Shown in pieces: positions 26,185 through 37,329 of a stretch of DNA of 64,000 nt (position 1 is the first letter of the stretch; each line of letters starts with the position of its first letter). The position numbers were made by a program, and so were the translations under genes. The notes under the pieces are model-generated. The model was not told the origin of the DNA and did not search any database. It saw nothing but the letters and a program-made list of their open reading frames with translations. Source of the stretch: Octopus sinensis (lineage: Eukaryota); assembly GCF_006345805.1 (NCBI RefSeq), contig NC_043011.1:14458464-14522463 (forward strand). Reading direction: 5' to 3'.

Positions 26185-26555
26185 TCTTTATATATAAAAG
26201 TGAAGTTGTGTGTCTGTCTCCTACGATTTAGATTCCTAACTACTCCCACATTTTGCGGTGCAGTGTAAGCAAAACCGGGTATCTAATAGTCGTGATTCAT
26301 ATCGAGCCCTTCTGGGTATTAGCGCGCGTCTACGATGAGTCTACGATTTAAAAAAAATTTACCATCATATTTTTCCATTTTAATGCATTTTTCTCTAAAA
26401 ATATCTACGATGTGTCAACGATTAAAAAAAAAATTACCTTAATTTTTTTCCCATTTTTAATGCATTTTTTTGCTATTTTTTTGCTATAACTCTCTAAAAA
26501 TGCTTATATAGTTATTTCCCTTACAAACCCGAGCAACGCCGGGCGATACTGCTAG
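26185..26555 (+). mobile_element. Non-autonomous Helitron
   Basis: 5' a|TCtttatatataaaag. 3' hairpin cccg-agcaacgc-cggg followed by CTAG|t. Inserted at A|T without TSD. Confidence 0.8.
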
Positions 26556-26559
26556 TATC

Positions 26560-27162
26560 TGTATATCTGTATGTGTATATACATACATACATACATATAT
26601 ACATATATATATATAGCCACATACATACACATACACATACACACATACACATACAAACATACACACACATACGTACATACATACATAGATACATACATAC
26701 ACATACATATACATACATACATACACACATACACGCATGCACACATACATACACATACACACATACATACATACACACACACACTTACACACACACACAC
26801 ACATACATACACACATACACACATATAAACATATAAACACACATATAAGCCTCTACATTGTACACACACGCACATATATATACATACATTCACTCGCACG
26901 CACGTACACACACACGCACACATACACATTTACATATATATACTATACACGCACACACACATACACACGTACAAACACACACAACCTCACATACACACCG
27001 ACAGATATACATACACAATATACACCTATCCGCGCACGCACACATACACATAAACACATACAAACGCACACATACACGCACACACATACACGTACATACA
27101 TACACACTCACACAAATGAACTCACACATACATCCCTACACACACACACGCACCCACACACA
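26560..27162. repeat. Degenerate (CA)n/(CATA)n simple repeat
   Basis: Direct inspection. Confidence 0.9.
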
Positions 27163-27310
27163 TTCCTTGTCTTTGAAACTCTCTTGTTTTTAAAAATCAT
27201 GATTCGTCTACCTCTCAACTTCTGTTCTTTCAACATGTGATCTCTTGAGCACCACCAGCAAAAATATTTTTTTCCTCTGTCTTCCCTTCTCGGGATCTTT
27301 CCTTCTCCTT

Positions 27311-27345
27311 GTTTCCGACGAAGAGCTCCGCTCGAAACGTTAAAC
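27311..27345 (+). ncRNA. Minimal type I hammerhead in a short PLE-like element (~27265-27445)
   Basis: GUUU CCGACGA a GAGC ucc GCUC GAAA CG UU AAAC. Identical copy at 34642-34676; element ends in (TA)n. Confidence 0.7.
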
Positions 27346-27472
27346 CCTCCTTCCCTTCTTTCCTGAGTCTCAGTAATACTTTAATTGTTCCACGTCCTGC
27401 GTTGCTGTGTTTTTTTTCTCTTTTTTTCTGTGTTTTCTTGTTTGGATATATATATATATATATATAATATAT

Positions 27473-27516
<44 letters not shown>

Positions 27517-27527
27517 ATATATGTATA

Positions 27528-27857
27528 TGTAAGAATATTTTGCGTAATAAGATAAAAAACCAAGGCTATGTAGATATTAGAGCATTTATAGATAGAAGGT
27601 CTTACAGCTGTTTCTAGGATATTTATTAATTATATCCCTTCATCGGAAACGGTGTGAGAGGATAGTTAAGTTATAGTTAGTTTAAATGTGATACAAAATA
27701 GAGAGTGAGGTGGAGAAAAGAAAATATATGCAAGATATGTATGGGTATTGAAGTTTTTTCAGGCATAATGGTATACATGCAAAAGTTCAAAAGTTCAACA
27801 GAGTTTAAAATGAGTTCTTCCAAATATAGAGTTTATAAGCAATATATATATATATAT

Positions 27858-27949
<92 letters not shown>

Positions 27950-28260
27950 GTAAGAATATTTTGCGTAATAAGATAAAAAACCAAGGCTATGTAGATATTA
28001 GAGCATTTATAGATAGAAGGTCTTACAGCTGTTTCTAGGATATTTATTAATTATATCCCTTCATCGGAAACGGTGTGAGAGGATAGTTAAGTTATAGTTA
28101 GTTTAAATGTGATACAAAATAGAGAGTGAGGTGGAGAAAAGAAAATATATGCAAGATATGTATGGGTATTGAAGTTTTTTCAGGCATAATGGTATACATG
28201 CAAAAGTTCAAAAGTTCAACAGAGTTTAAAATGAGTTCTTCCAAATATAGAGTTTATAAG

Positions 28261-28263
<3 letters not shown>
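27528..28263 (-). mobile_element. Two identical ~315-bp HHR-bearing units separated by (TA)n, period 421
   Basis: Duplicate ORFs at 27705 and 28126. Each unit is flanked by TA repeats. Confidence 0.8.
27599..27650 (-). ncRNA. Type I hammerhead motif (second copy at 28020-28071)
   Basis: Minus strand GUUU CCGAUGA ag GGAUAU aauuaauaa AUAUCC ua GAAA CAGCUG UA AGAC. Palindromic stem III; GUA triplet. Confidence 0.7.
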
Positions 28264-28314
<51 letters not shown>

Positions 28315-28320
<6 letters not shown>

Positions 28321-28530
28321 ATTTAGGAATGGTCATTTTGCCAGTTTAGCCAATAAAAACACACGCACTATATATTTGGTGTTACTTTGCTTCAGCGTTA
28401 TTTAATTTTTACATTAATCTTAATCTTATTTCGGCCAAATCTTATTGGCTAAACTGGCAAAATGACCATTCCTAAATACAACAAGCCCTGTTTCAACACA
28501 CGATTTCATATAAAAAATCTTGCAAAACAT
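28315..28530 (+). mobile_element. PLE-like element of the same family as 60041-60407: inverted piece, sense end and tail, in (TA)n
   Basis: ttgttgtatttaggaatggtc..gccaataa is inverted at 28442-28484. Tail tgtttcaacacacgatttca..cttgcaaaaca is shared with 60353-60400. Confidence 0.75.
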
Positions 28531-28871
28531 ATATATATATACATGCATACACATAAAAGTATCAGTGAATTTATATTCACTGATACTCTCATCTAAGTGT
28601 GTGTGTAAGTATGCACAAACTTTTCTTATTCGTTTATTTCTGTATTCATTTATTGAATGGCATAACGAGCAAATTATGTGAAAATTATGAATTATCCACG
28701 TGACATTGTAATAAGTTTCCTTATTTGTCCCAGAATTATCCAGGGAAATACTATTATTATCGGTATATATATTTACAACCAGTTGATTTGTAACTAGTTT
28801 GAAAAGTGCTAACACACGAAACTCTCGGTCTTGAGTCACACACACAGACATACAGACTATCTCTTCCTCCC

Positions 28872-28906
<35 letters not shown>

Positions 28907-28992
28907 TCACACACACACGCACACACACACATATATATCGTCAGTAGTTCATATATCCGAAAAGGGACATTAGAGCTTTAATATATTATTAG

Positions 28993-29156
28993 AAGGTTAA
29001 TTGTTATGGACGGTCAGAGAGTGACCATTGACTTCGCACCTATAAAGCGCTTAGCAGTATAGGTAACACGTCAGACACCAGATATTTGAGTCTGAGTAAG
29101 CGCTTTATAGATGCGAAACAAATGGTCACTCTGACCAGCCATAACAATCAACCTTA
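28993..29156. repeat. ~60-bp imperfect inverted repeat with ~55-nt unique tail, between TA tracts (PLE-like layout)
   Basis: aaggttaattgttatgg..ataaagcgctta / taagcgctttata..ccataacaatcaacctt. Confidence 0.65.
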
Positions 29157-29180
29157 TATATATATATATATACAGTAACA

Positions 29181-29497
29181 ATAATAATCCATGAATGTAA
29201 TTTATAATGTTTTAATGCAACGCGTTTCCACATATCACATGTTACTTAGGATCATAGTCCGTATTCCTGGGATGACTACAGTCCAGTCCGTAGCATCCAT
29301 GAATATCGGGTGGATCATATTCATGCTTTCATTTCTTCAGGTGATATTACCGCATGAATATGATCCATCCGATGTCCATGGATACTACGAACTGTACCGT
29401 AATCATCCCAGGAATACGGACTATGATCTCAAAAAACATGTGATATGTGGAAACGTGCGTAGCGATGCATTGAAATATTTATAAATTACATCCATGG

Positions 29498-29505
<8 letters not shown>
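29181..29505. repeat. ~325-bp imperfect foldback palindrome with AAT/ATT ends
   Basis: Arms of ~145-150 bp pair (e.g. gatcatagtccgtattcctgggatga / tcatcccaggaatacggactatgatc) around a ~25-nt spacer near 29327-29351. Confidence 0.85.
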
Positions 29506-29555
<50 letters not shown>

Positions 29556-29556
<1 letters not shown>

Positions 29557-32500
29557 TTTTTTTTTCTTCTTTCAAATTTGCTTCCATTTCTTGCCGAGTG
29601 TCTTCCCGACTCCTAGGGCAAAGAAACTCATAGTATACATTGGTAGGCCATTAAACCAAACTCAATAGTTCGTTCATTTTTTTAATTTTTAATTTTTTTT
29701 AAAGTTAAATTAAAATACATGAGCAGCAACAGTTCTCACATCGACAATGCTCTTCTCAATACGTGTGATGTACCAGTTAAGACAATCTTTTGCACTTCTT
29801 GCAGGGATGGTAAGCCAGGGATCATTCTCATATAATTTTCGGTTCCCTTCTTGATCATTCCTAGTGCTCCTACGATCACTGGTATTGTAATCGCCTTGAG
29901 ATGCCACATTTTCTCAATTTCAATGAGTAGGTCTTTATATTTTCTGAGCTTGTCAAACTCTTTCGCTGAGATGTTATGATCACAGGGGATGCTCATATCG
30001 ATCAATAAGCAAACTTTATTGTTTTGGTCTTTCACAACAATATCTGGTTTATTGGCCTTGATGGTTCGGTCTGTATGTACTGGAAAGTCCCACAGAATGG
30101 TTACATTTTCTCCTTCAGTTACAGCCTCAGGGTGGTGATTATACCACTTGTCGGCAGTTTTGATATTGTAATGCCGACTTATTAGCCAGTGGAGATATTG
30201 GCCAACTCTGTCATGTCTTAATTTATACTCCACTGGTGCTAAGACTTTACATCCAGAGATTAGGTGGTCCACTGTTTCAATCGTGTGGTTGCAGAATCGG
30301 CATTTTGGGTCTGCTCCATTTTTCATCACATTGGCCTGGTAGTTCCGGGTTAATAGGCTTTGATCTTGAGCAGCCAGGATGAAACCTTCGCTCTCTGCTT
30401 TTAGCCCTGAGCTCCGTAGCCACTGATGGGTTTGCTTCTGGTCAACATCAGCTTGTTTGCTGCGGGTCACATATTTGCCGTGCAGAGGTTTCTCCTCCCA
30501 CCTATCAGCCAATTGCTCGTGCGCTTTTTTCGTTGCCATCATTTTCACCTTCTTTGCAACAATAGTTGCCGTACTTCCCTCGGGTTGTTCAGTTTGGGTA
30601 TCCTGCACGAGATCAATAGCAAATTTTTTGCTTTCCTTTATAATAGAATGAAGCTTCTTTCGTCTCTCGTGATTTTCCACGAGCTTTAGCATCCAGTCAT
30701 TCGATATTTCAAGATATTTGGCCAGTCCAATTGTGGTTGTTTTGTAAGCTAGTTCAAATTGGATCAGGCCTCGACCTCCTTGGGCTCTGGGAAGGTAAAG
30801 GCGATCTACGTCTGCCCTTGGGTGGTGCATCCTATTACAACTCAGCAGCTTGCGTATTTTCCTATCTATATTCTTTACTTCACTCATATTCCAGTTCAAC
30901 ACATTGTAGCTATAAGTAACAACTGGAACTGCTAAGGAATTTATAGCTAACACCTTGTTACGTGCATTTAGTTCAGATTTCAGGACTGCACGAACTCTCC
31001 TATAACATTCCGTCCTGATCTTCTCTTTCATGCTTGCATGCTGAATACCAAATCTTTCATTTATCCCTAAATATTTGTATGTTTGTTCTTGCTCAAGCTC
31101 TCTTATGACTGTGTCAACATCTAACACGACTGAATTTGTGGTCTTCACTTTCCCTTTCTGGAAGGTGGCCTTGGTACACTTCTCAAGTCCAAACTCCATC
31201 CCGATGTCATCGCTGAATGCTTTCACGGTGCGCAATAGGCCTTCAAGTTCATTATTGTCTTTATCATAAAGTTTTAAGTCATCCATATAAAATAGATGGC
31301 TTATTTTTTTATTGGCAATTTTATACCCATACCCTGTTCTGTTTAATTCACTTGTAAGTGGTATTAGGGCTATGCAGAATATTAAAGGTGAAAGTGGGTC
31401 ACCTTGAAAAATTCCACAGTTGATGTTTATATTTTCTGAGGCAAGTACTCCATTAGAGTGGTATAATTGGAGATTCGTATTCCACAACGACATATTGTGC
31501 TCTAGGAAGTTTGAAATCACAGGGGAAATTTTGAAGATGTCCAGCGATCTCAAGATCCATGGATGCGGTATACTGTCGAAGGCCTTTTTATAGTCAATCC
31601 ATGCGGTGCTGAGATTTCTGCGCTTGTTGTGACAGTTCTCAAGGATCATACGATTGATTAGCAGTTGATCTTTGCATCCGTAAGAGCCTCGGCGGCACCC
31701 TTTTTGTTCAATGGGGAAAATATCGTTCTTCTCCATGAATGCATATGTTTTCTCCGCCAGGATAGATGTTAGGATTTTATACGTGGTGGATAGACAGGTT
31801 ATAGGGCGATAATTTTTTGGAAGGTTGGTTTCGTTATTCTTTGGGAGTAGGTAAGTAATGCCACTTGCTAACCATTCAGGTGTTTTCTTTGGGTCTCTCA
31901 TAATTCCATTGAGCAGCTGAACTAGCTTTCCGTGTGCGCATGGGAGCGATGCGAGCCAGAAATTCGGCACCCTATCTTTACCGGGGGATTTCCAATTATG
32001 GGCCTTCGTGAGTGCCTTTCTTAGGTCTGCTATTGTGATGTCTTCCCATGCTTGTTGTTGTAAATTTTGGTAGGATCCTTCAGTTTGTATAATCCAGTCT
32101 GCATTTATGTTGTACGTCTTCTTGTCACTCCAAATCCTTTTCCAAAAGTTTTGAACATCTTCCATGGGAGGGGGGTCTTTAACGGTTACTTTCTCCTTCC
32201 CTATTTCTCTGTAGAATTTTTTGGCATTGGATGTGAACAGCTTATTTTGCTTGTAAAACTTGTTTCTCTTCTCAGATCTTCGTATTCTTTGGGCTTTTGC
32301 TTGGACTTTTTGTTTCAGCATTTCTTTTATTGATATCAGTTCTTCTCTTGGTGAGGATCCAAATTTTCTCTTCATCTTTCTTCCTGTTCTGGATCTTACA
32401 TCATTTCCACATATTAGTTCATTTAATATTGATATTTCCCCTCTCATAAATTCAATCTCTTTTTCAATTTTACTTCTCCAGGTTTGATTTCTTCCCAGGT

Positions 32501-34427
32501 TTTGTTTTCTTTGTTTTTTCGGGGGCATACAGCTGGTTTCAATTGCCCTAGCAGAAGCGTAAATAACTTCATTTAACTCAGTAAAATCAGGTTTTAATTC
32601 TTGTATTATTTCATTTGTTACATAGTTGCCAATTTGGATTTGTTTTTTATTTTGGTTTGTATTTGAGAGTTTATGAAGTGGTTCTCTATCATTCATACTT
32701 GTATGTCTTACAACTTCAAGCGTATTCAGGATTTTCTGCCTCATTTCTGCCATAGACTCTCTGTGTTCTTCAGCAAATGCGAGATCTTCAGTTACTGTTG
32801 TTTTTTCGTTTTCCTGGCTATCTTTAACAGGTACAATAGAATTTCTTGTATCTTCAGGCCTTTGCGTACTTTGGTCAGATGGCAGTCTTTCAATTAAGCC
32901 TCGTGGCGGGCTATACTGTTCATCTGATTCTTCATTTCCTTTGTGTCTTATATTTATGTCATTTTCCGTTGCGTGCTTGATCGCGCTTATTTCACTGTCC
33001 GTGAGTCTGTTATTTCTAAGGATATCCCTCCTCACATTTGCTAATTTGTTCTCGTCCAAATAGGGCCTACTGTCTTGATTCCGTGTTCTCCATATACTGT
33101 AAGAGTTTGCGGTGTGTCTCTCTTGAGATGGCCTACCTAATGCATAGTAATAAGCGTATATTACTTCTTTATACTCTTCTCGGGTCCATTTGTTCCGCTT
33201 ACATTTTTCTTTCTGTGGTGGTTGTGGTGGTGAACTTGGAGGGCTCGAGTTGGGGGATTTCCCGTTCAAGTGACCATCCATGTCCGTATTCGGAGAAGAG
33301 TTTGTGCCAGTTGATGACTTTTCGATCCCAGGCTGGCTCTTCCCTGGGGGACGCGCTTCCAGATTAACCATAGGACAAGCGATTTGGTATACTGATTTAG
33401 TTTTCCTTTTAGTTTCCAAAAACATTTTGGTGCTACGATAATGTTATCATTTTTTAGCTTTGATTGGCTCGTGGGGAGACGGCCATCATTGCCGTTACAA
33501 TTATAATCGTACCATTATAGCAGCCGTAGTCGGCTTATTATTGTTATTATCATCACCATTATTATCACTATCATCATTATCACCACCATCACCATCATCA
33601 TCATCATCACCATCACCATCGTCATCATCAATGATATTGTTTTATGTGTAGTCACAGCAGTATCTTATTATTGTTATTTTTTATCATCATCACCATCACA
33701 GTAGTGTCTGTCTGTCTCGTTGGCTGGCTTGTTGGTTGGCTGGCTGACTGTCTTCAACGCCAGAGTTCTTGCCTGTCAAATAATACTTTCATATTTGGTT
33801 AACAATAGAGCCGAGGTGAGGTTTTGTGTTGGTTGAAGTCTTTGAGTGTGTGTGTGTGTGTGTGTAGATAGATAGATAGATTATCAGCACTATTACTATC
33901 ATTATTATCATCATCACCATCATCACCATCACCATCAGTGATATTTTTTTATTTTTTATTTTTAATTATTTATTTTTTTTTTAGGTGGGGTCCTATCGGT
34001 CAAAAAAAGTTCAGATGTTTACTACTATTAGGCCTAAGAAAAATTAAGGAAGGGCTGTTCTGTATTGTTTGTGAATAGAGAAGTTGTGTTCGACCAGAGG
34101 GAATCTTAGCATCATCATTTTTTTTTTTCCATGTGCGTTTGTGTTATTGCAATAAAAAGTCTTTGTATATTTCGTGTAAGGTAATATTGTGGAGGTTGAA
34201 GTTGACTTTTCTAGAGATGTTTGTATATCCAGTTAGAAGAACAGGTGTGTTTTTACAATAAAAAGTATATGTTTACATTTATATTTGAATATTCAGGGAG
34301 GAAGCAAAGAAAAGTCAGATTTTCATAGAAAGTTTTAGGGTTTTGTAAGTCCACAAAAAGAAAAGCGTGATGTTTTTAGAGAGAAGAAAAAAAAGGATGT
34401 TTACAGAGGCAATTGTGGGTATCAAAG

Positions 34428-34430
<3 letters not shown>
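29556..34430 (-). mobile_element. Apparently full-length R4/Dong-clade non-LTR retrotransposon inserted in (TAA)n
   Basis: Single intact ORF with ~180-nt 3' UTR. (TTA)n tracts at 29498-29555 and 34430-34530, the known Dong-type target. The 5' boundary is inferred. Confidence 0.8.
29736..33425 (-). CDS. R4/Dong retrotransposon protein: reverse transcriptase, CCHC zinc knuckle and restriction-like endonuclease, 1229 aa
   Basis: RT motifs KSPGKD, NYRPITCL, DYKKAFDS, GIFQGDPLSP, YMDD, YKYLG. CRFC..ETVDHLISGC, RHD and KPDIVV..LIDMSIP (REL). No interruptions. Confidence 0.95.
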   Translation of the reverse strand: MFLETKRKTKSVYQIACPMVNLEARPPGKSQPGIEKSSTGTNSSPNTDMDGHLNGKSPNSSPPSSPPQPPQKEKCKRNKWTREEYKEVIYAYYYALGRPSQERHTANSYSIWRTRNQDSRPYLDENKLANVRRDILRNNRLTDSEISAIKHATENDINIRHKGNEESDEQYSPPRGLIERLPSDQSTQRPEDTRNSIVPVKDSQENEKTTVTEDLAFAEEHRESMAEMRQKILNTLEVVRHTSMNDREPLHKLSNTNQNKKQIQIGNYVTNEIIQELKPDFTELNEVIYASARAIETSCMPPKKQRKQNLGRNQTWRSKIEKEIEFMRGEISILNELICGNDVRSRTGRKMKRKFGSSPREELISIKEMLKQKVQAKAQRIRRSEKRNKFYKQNKLFTSNAKKFYREIGKEKVTVKDPPPMEDVQNFWKRIWSDKKTYNINADWIIQTEGSYQNLQQQAWEDITIADLRKALTKAHNWKSPGKDRVPNFWLASLPCAHGKLVQLLNGIMRDPKKTPEWLASGITYLLPKNNETNLPKNYRPITCLSTTYKILTSILAEKTYAFMEKNDIFPIEQKGCRRGSYGCKDQLLINRMILENCHNKRRNLSTAWIDYKKAFDSIPHPWILRSLDIFKISPVISNFLEHNMSLWNTNLQLYHSNGVLASENININCGIFQGDPLSPLIFCIALIPLTSELNRTGYGYKIANKKISHLFYMDDLKLYDKDNNELEGLLRTVKAFSDDIGMEFGLEKCTKATFQKGKVKTTNSVVLDVDTVIRELEQEQTYKYLGINERFGIQHASMKEKIRTECYRRVRAVLKSELNARNKVLAINSLAVPVVTYSYNVLNWNMSEVKNIDRKIRKLLSCNRMHHPRADVDRLYLPRAQGGRGLIQFELAYKTTTIGLAKYLEISNDWMLKLVENHERRKKLHSIIKESKKFAIDLVQDTQTEQPEGSTATIVAKKVKMMATKKAHEQLADRWEEKPLHGKYVTRSKQADVDQKQTHQWLRSSGLKAESEGFILAAQDQSLLTRNYQANVMKNGADPKCRFCNHTIETVDHLISGCKVLAPVEYKLRHDRVGQYLHWLISRHYNIKTADKWYNHHPEAVTEGENVTILWDFPVHTDRTIKANKPDIVVKDQNNKVCLLIDMSIPCDHNISAKEFDKLRKYKDLLIEIEKMWHLKAITIPVIVGALGMIKKGTENYMRMIPGLPSLQEVQKIVLTGTSHVLRRALSM

Positions 34431-34496
<66 letters not shown>

Positions 34497-34539
34497 TATT
34501 ATTATTTTTATTATTATTATTATTATTACTATATATATG

Positions 34540-34597
<58 letters not shown>

Positions 34598-34600
<3 letters not shown>

Positions 34601-34772
34601 TTTTTTCCTCTGTCTTCCCTTCTCTGGATATTTCCTTCTATGTTTCCGACGAAGAGCTCCGCTCGAAACGTTAAACTCTCCTTCTTTCCTTCTTTCCTGA
34701 GCGTCCAATAATACTATATTTGTTCCACGTCCTCGCGTTGTTGTGTTTTTTTGTGCTTTCTTGTTAACTTTA
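34598..34772 (+). mobile_element. Short PLE-like element with minimal HHR (34642-34676), between TA tracts
   Basis: Homologous to 27265-27445; gtttccgacgaagagctccgctcgaaacgttaaac. Confidence 0.7.
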
Positions 34773-34773
34773 T

Positions 34774-34810
<37 letters not shown>

Positions 34811-35108
34811 GGATAAATTAAGAATTGAGATTAATAAATGAGATAATTCCCTCCGGAATAATCTCTATGCTTTTATTGAAACATATATCGGAAGTATAAG
34901 TGATGATTTGAATAGCACCTGCTTTTGACTCCAGTTTTTAATTTATCCATTCCAACAAGATGGAATTCCTACCTTTATAACTAGTCTGTTATATATAGTT
35001 GGTACTTATGTGAATTTTTGCTATCCTGGATACTATTTATTTATTTTTTCTTTGTTATACGTACACACTGAAAAATATACATACATACATACATATATAT
35101 ATATATAT

Positions 35109-35210
<102 letters not shown>

Positions 35211-35574
35211 TATATATATATACATACAGACATATACATACATACATACATACATATATGTGTGATTTTCGATGGCAGCATTATCCTGGTTGTTAATGCT
35301 AATATACGTTATTGTTTTAATTTATAAGATATACTTTTAACTAATTTACCCACCTTCTTTTGTATTGAGTGCAACACTTACGTTAAACTCAGCGCAAGAG
35401 CAGTTAAGATAATGTATAGCAATTTGACACTAACATGCATATACATATAAATACGCGGACAAGTATATGAAAGCACACGAAACACACATACACACACACA
35501 CACAGACACATACACACACAGACACACACAGACACAGACACAGACACAGACACACACAGACACACACACACACA

Positions 35575-35615
<41 letters not shown>

Positions 35616-36347
35616 TACACACTGAAGCAAACACGCACACACGTCCAAGCAAATATGTTCCGAGGCTGTCTTTAAAGTTAGAGCTTATATGTAAGAAAAT
35701 TTGACGTGCGAATTTTGTGTCCGTACCATTGAGACCATGTAGAGAATTGTATCCGGTATTTGAACATAATTCAGTTCTTATACACCTATAGGTGATTGAA
35801 TATATTTATCTAAATAAGAAGAAAGCAAATCCCTGGAGTTGGTGCTTTTGACTGGAAAGAAAATCTATTTAAATGATGCAACATATCGTTCCACATGCTC
35901 CCAAATGTAAGATATAAAGCTCACCAATTTTATCGGGAGTCTCTCCCCACGCCATATCTTACCTTCTCCTTAGGCAGCCTCAATCTATATATTTTCTCTG
36001 ATCTAACGCTACTGTAATTTCAATTTCTTTTGCTCTTGTGAGCTCTCGGGACGAACACTACTTTTACTTAACACTATCAATTCATTATTGTTTAGCATTC
36101 CAGCTTCCAAAACTCTCCACAAGTAAATGCCAGCCACATCAAAAGGCGTGGGTTCATACTGCACTTTGCCACATTGATGAAATCAATTTTTCTTTATTCA
36201 ATTTACGCAGATATTGGTAAGGACGTATTATACCTGCAATTCTAATCACCGATGTCGCCAAAGTAAGATTTACCTCTTCACCGTTTAATATTACACAAAA
36301 CTGAATAAAACCGCTGTTTAACGGAGTCAAATTATAATAGTAGAGGT

Positions 36348-36461
<114 letters not shown>

Positions 36462-36500
36462 TTCTGTCTATCTCTCTATCTGTCTGTCTGTCTCTCTATT

Positions 36501-36541
<41 letters not shown>

Positions 36542-36630
36542 TATATATATATATCACGCACTCACACATGCACACACACACGCACACACACACACGCGCG
36601 CGCGCGCATACATATATATATATCCACACA

Positions 36631-37270
36631 CAGGGTGCAGTGAATATATTGTCGTCTAAATTACGCAAAAATGAAAATAACACTGACATCTCATTTTAAC
36701 AGATATATCTATCAAACTTATATAAAAATATCTTGAAATACTAAAGAGTAAATTTGTTTAATAAAATTGCCATTAACTTCAACCATAGCCTCTAGAAGAC
36801 TTCGGAATTTCCTGCAACTCCTCTGGACGTTCTCCTTGTTTAAGTTGGTGAATGCTGCCATAATCATTGCCTTGAGTTCATCTTCGGTGCTACAAGGAGT
36901 TTTGTTGGTCTCTCGCTCAACTGCGCCCCACACATAATAATCAAGGGGTTTCAGCCTGGGGAGTTAGGTGGCCCGATGTTTGGAGTAACGTGGTCGCAGA
37001 AATTGTCTGACAACAACGACTGGATTCTCCTACTTGTGTGGCATGTTGCAGAGTCATGTTGCCGGACATAGGGTCTTCCAGAAGCCACCCTCTTGACCCT
37101 GGGCAGTACTATCTCCTCCATGCACTTGATATAGGCCTCCATGTTGAGTGTGAGGCCGTGTGGGAAGTTGAATGGAAGCATAACGTCGTCAGCACTGGTG
37201 ATCACTCCAAACATCATAATGTTGACGGGTGTTTGATTTTATCACTTTTGGCACATGTTTTGGGAATACG
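36631..37270 (-). pseudogene. Tc1/mariner-superfamily (maT/DD37D-like) transposase remnant with end
   Basis: MMFGVITS..YVRQHDSATCHTS..PPNSPG*NPLDYYVWGAVERETNK; terminus cagggtgcag. Confidence 0.8.
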
Positions 37271-37329
37271 GCAAGTCAAATAAAACTGAATAATGACATA
37301 CATGGTAGTTGTCTACTCCTCATGCAGAG

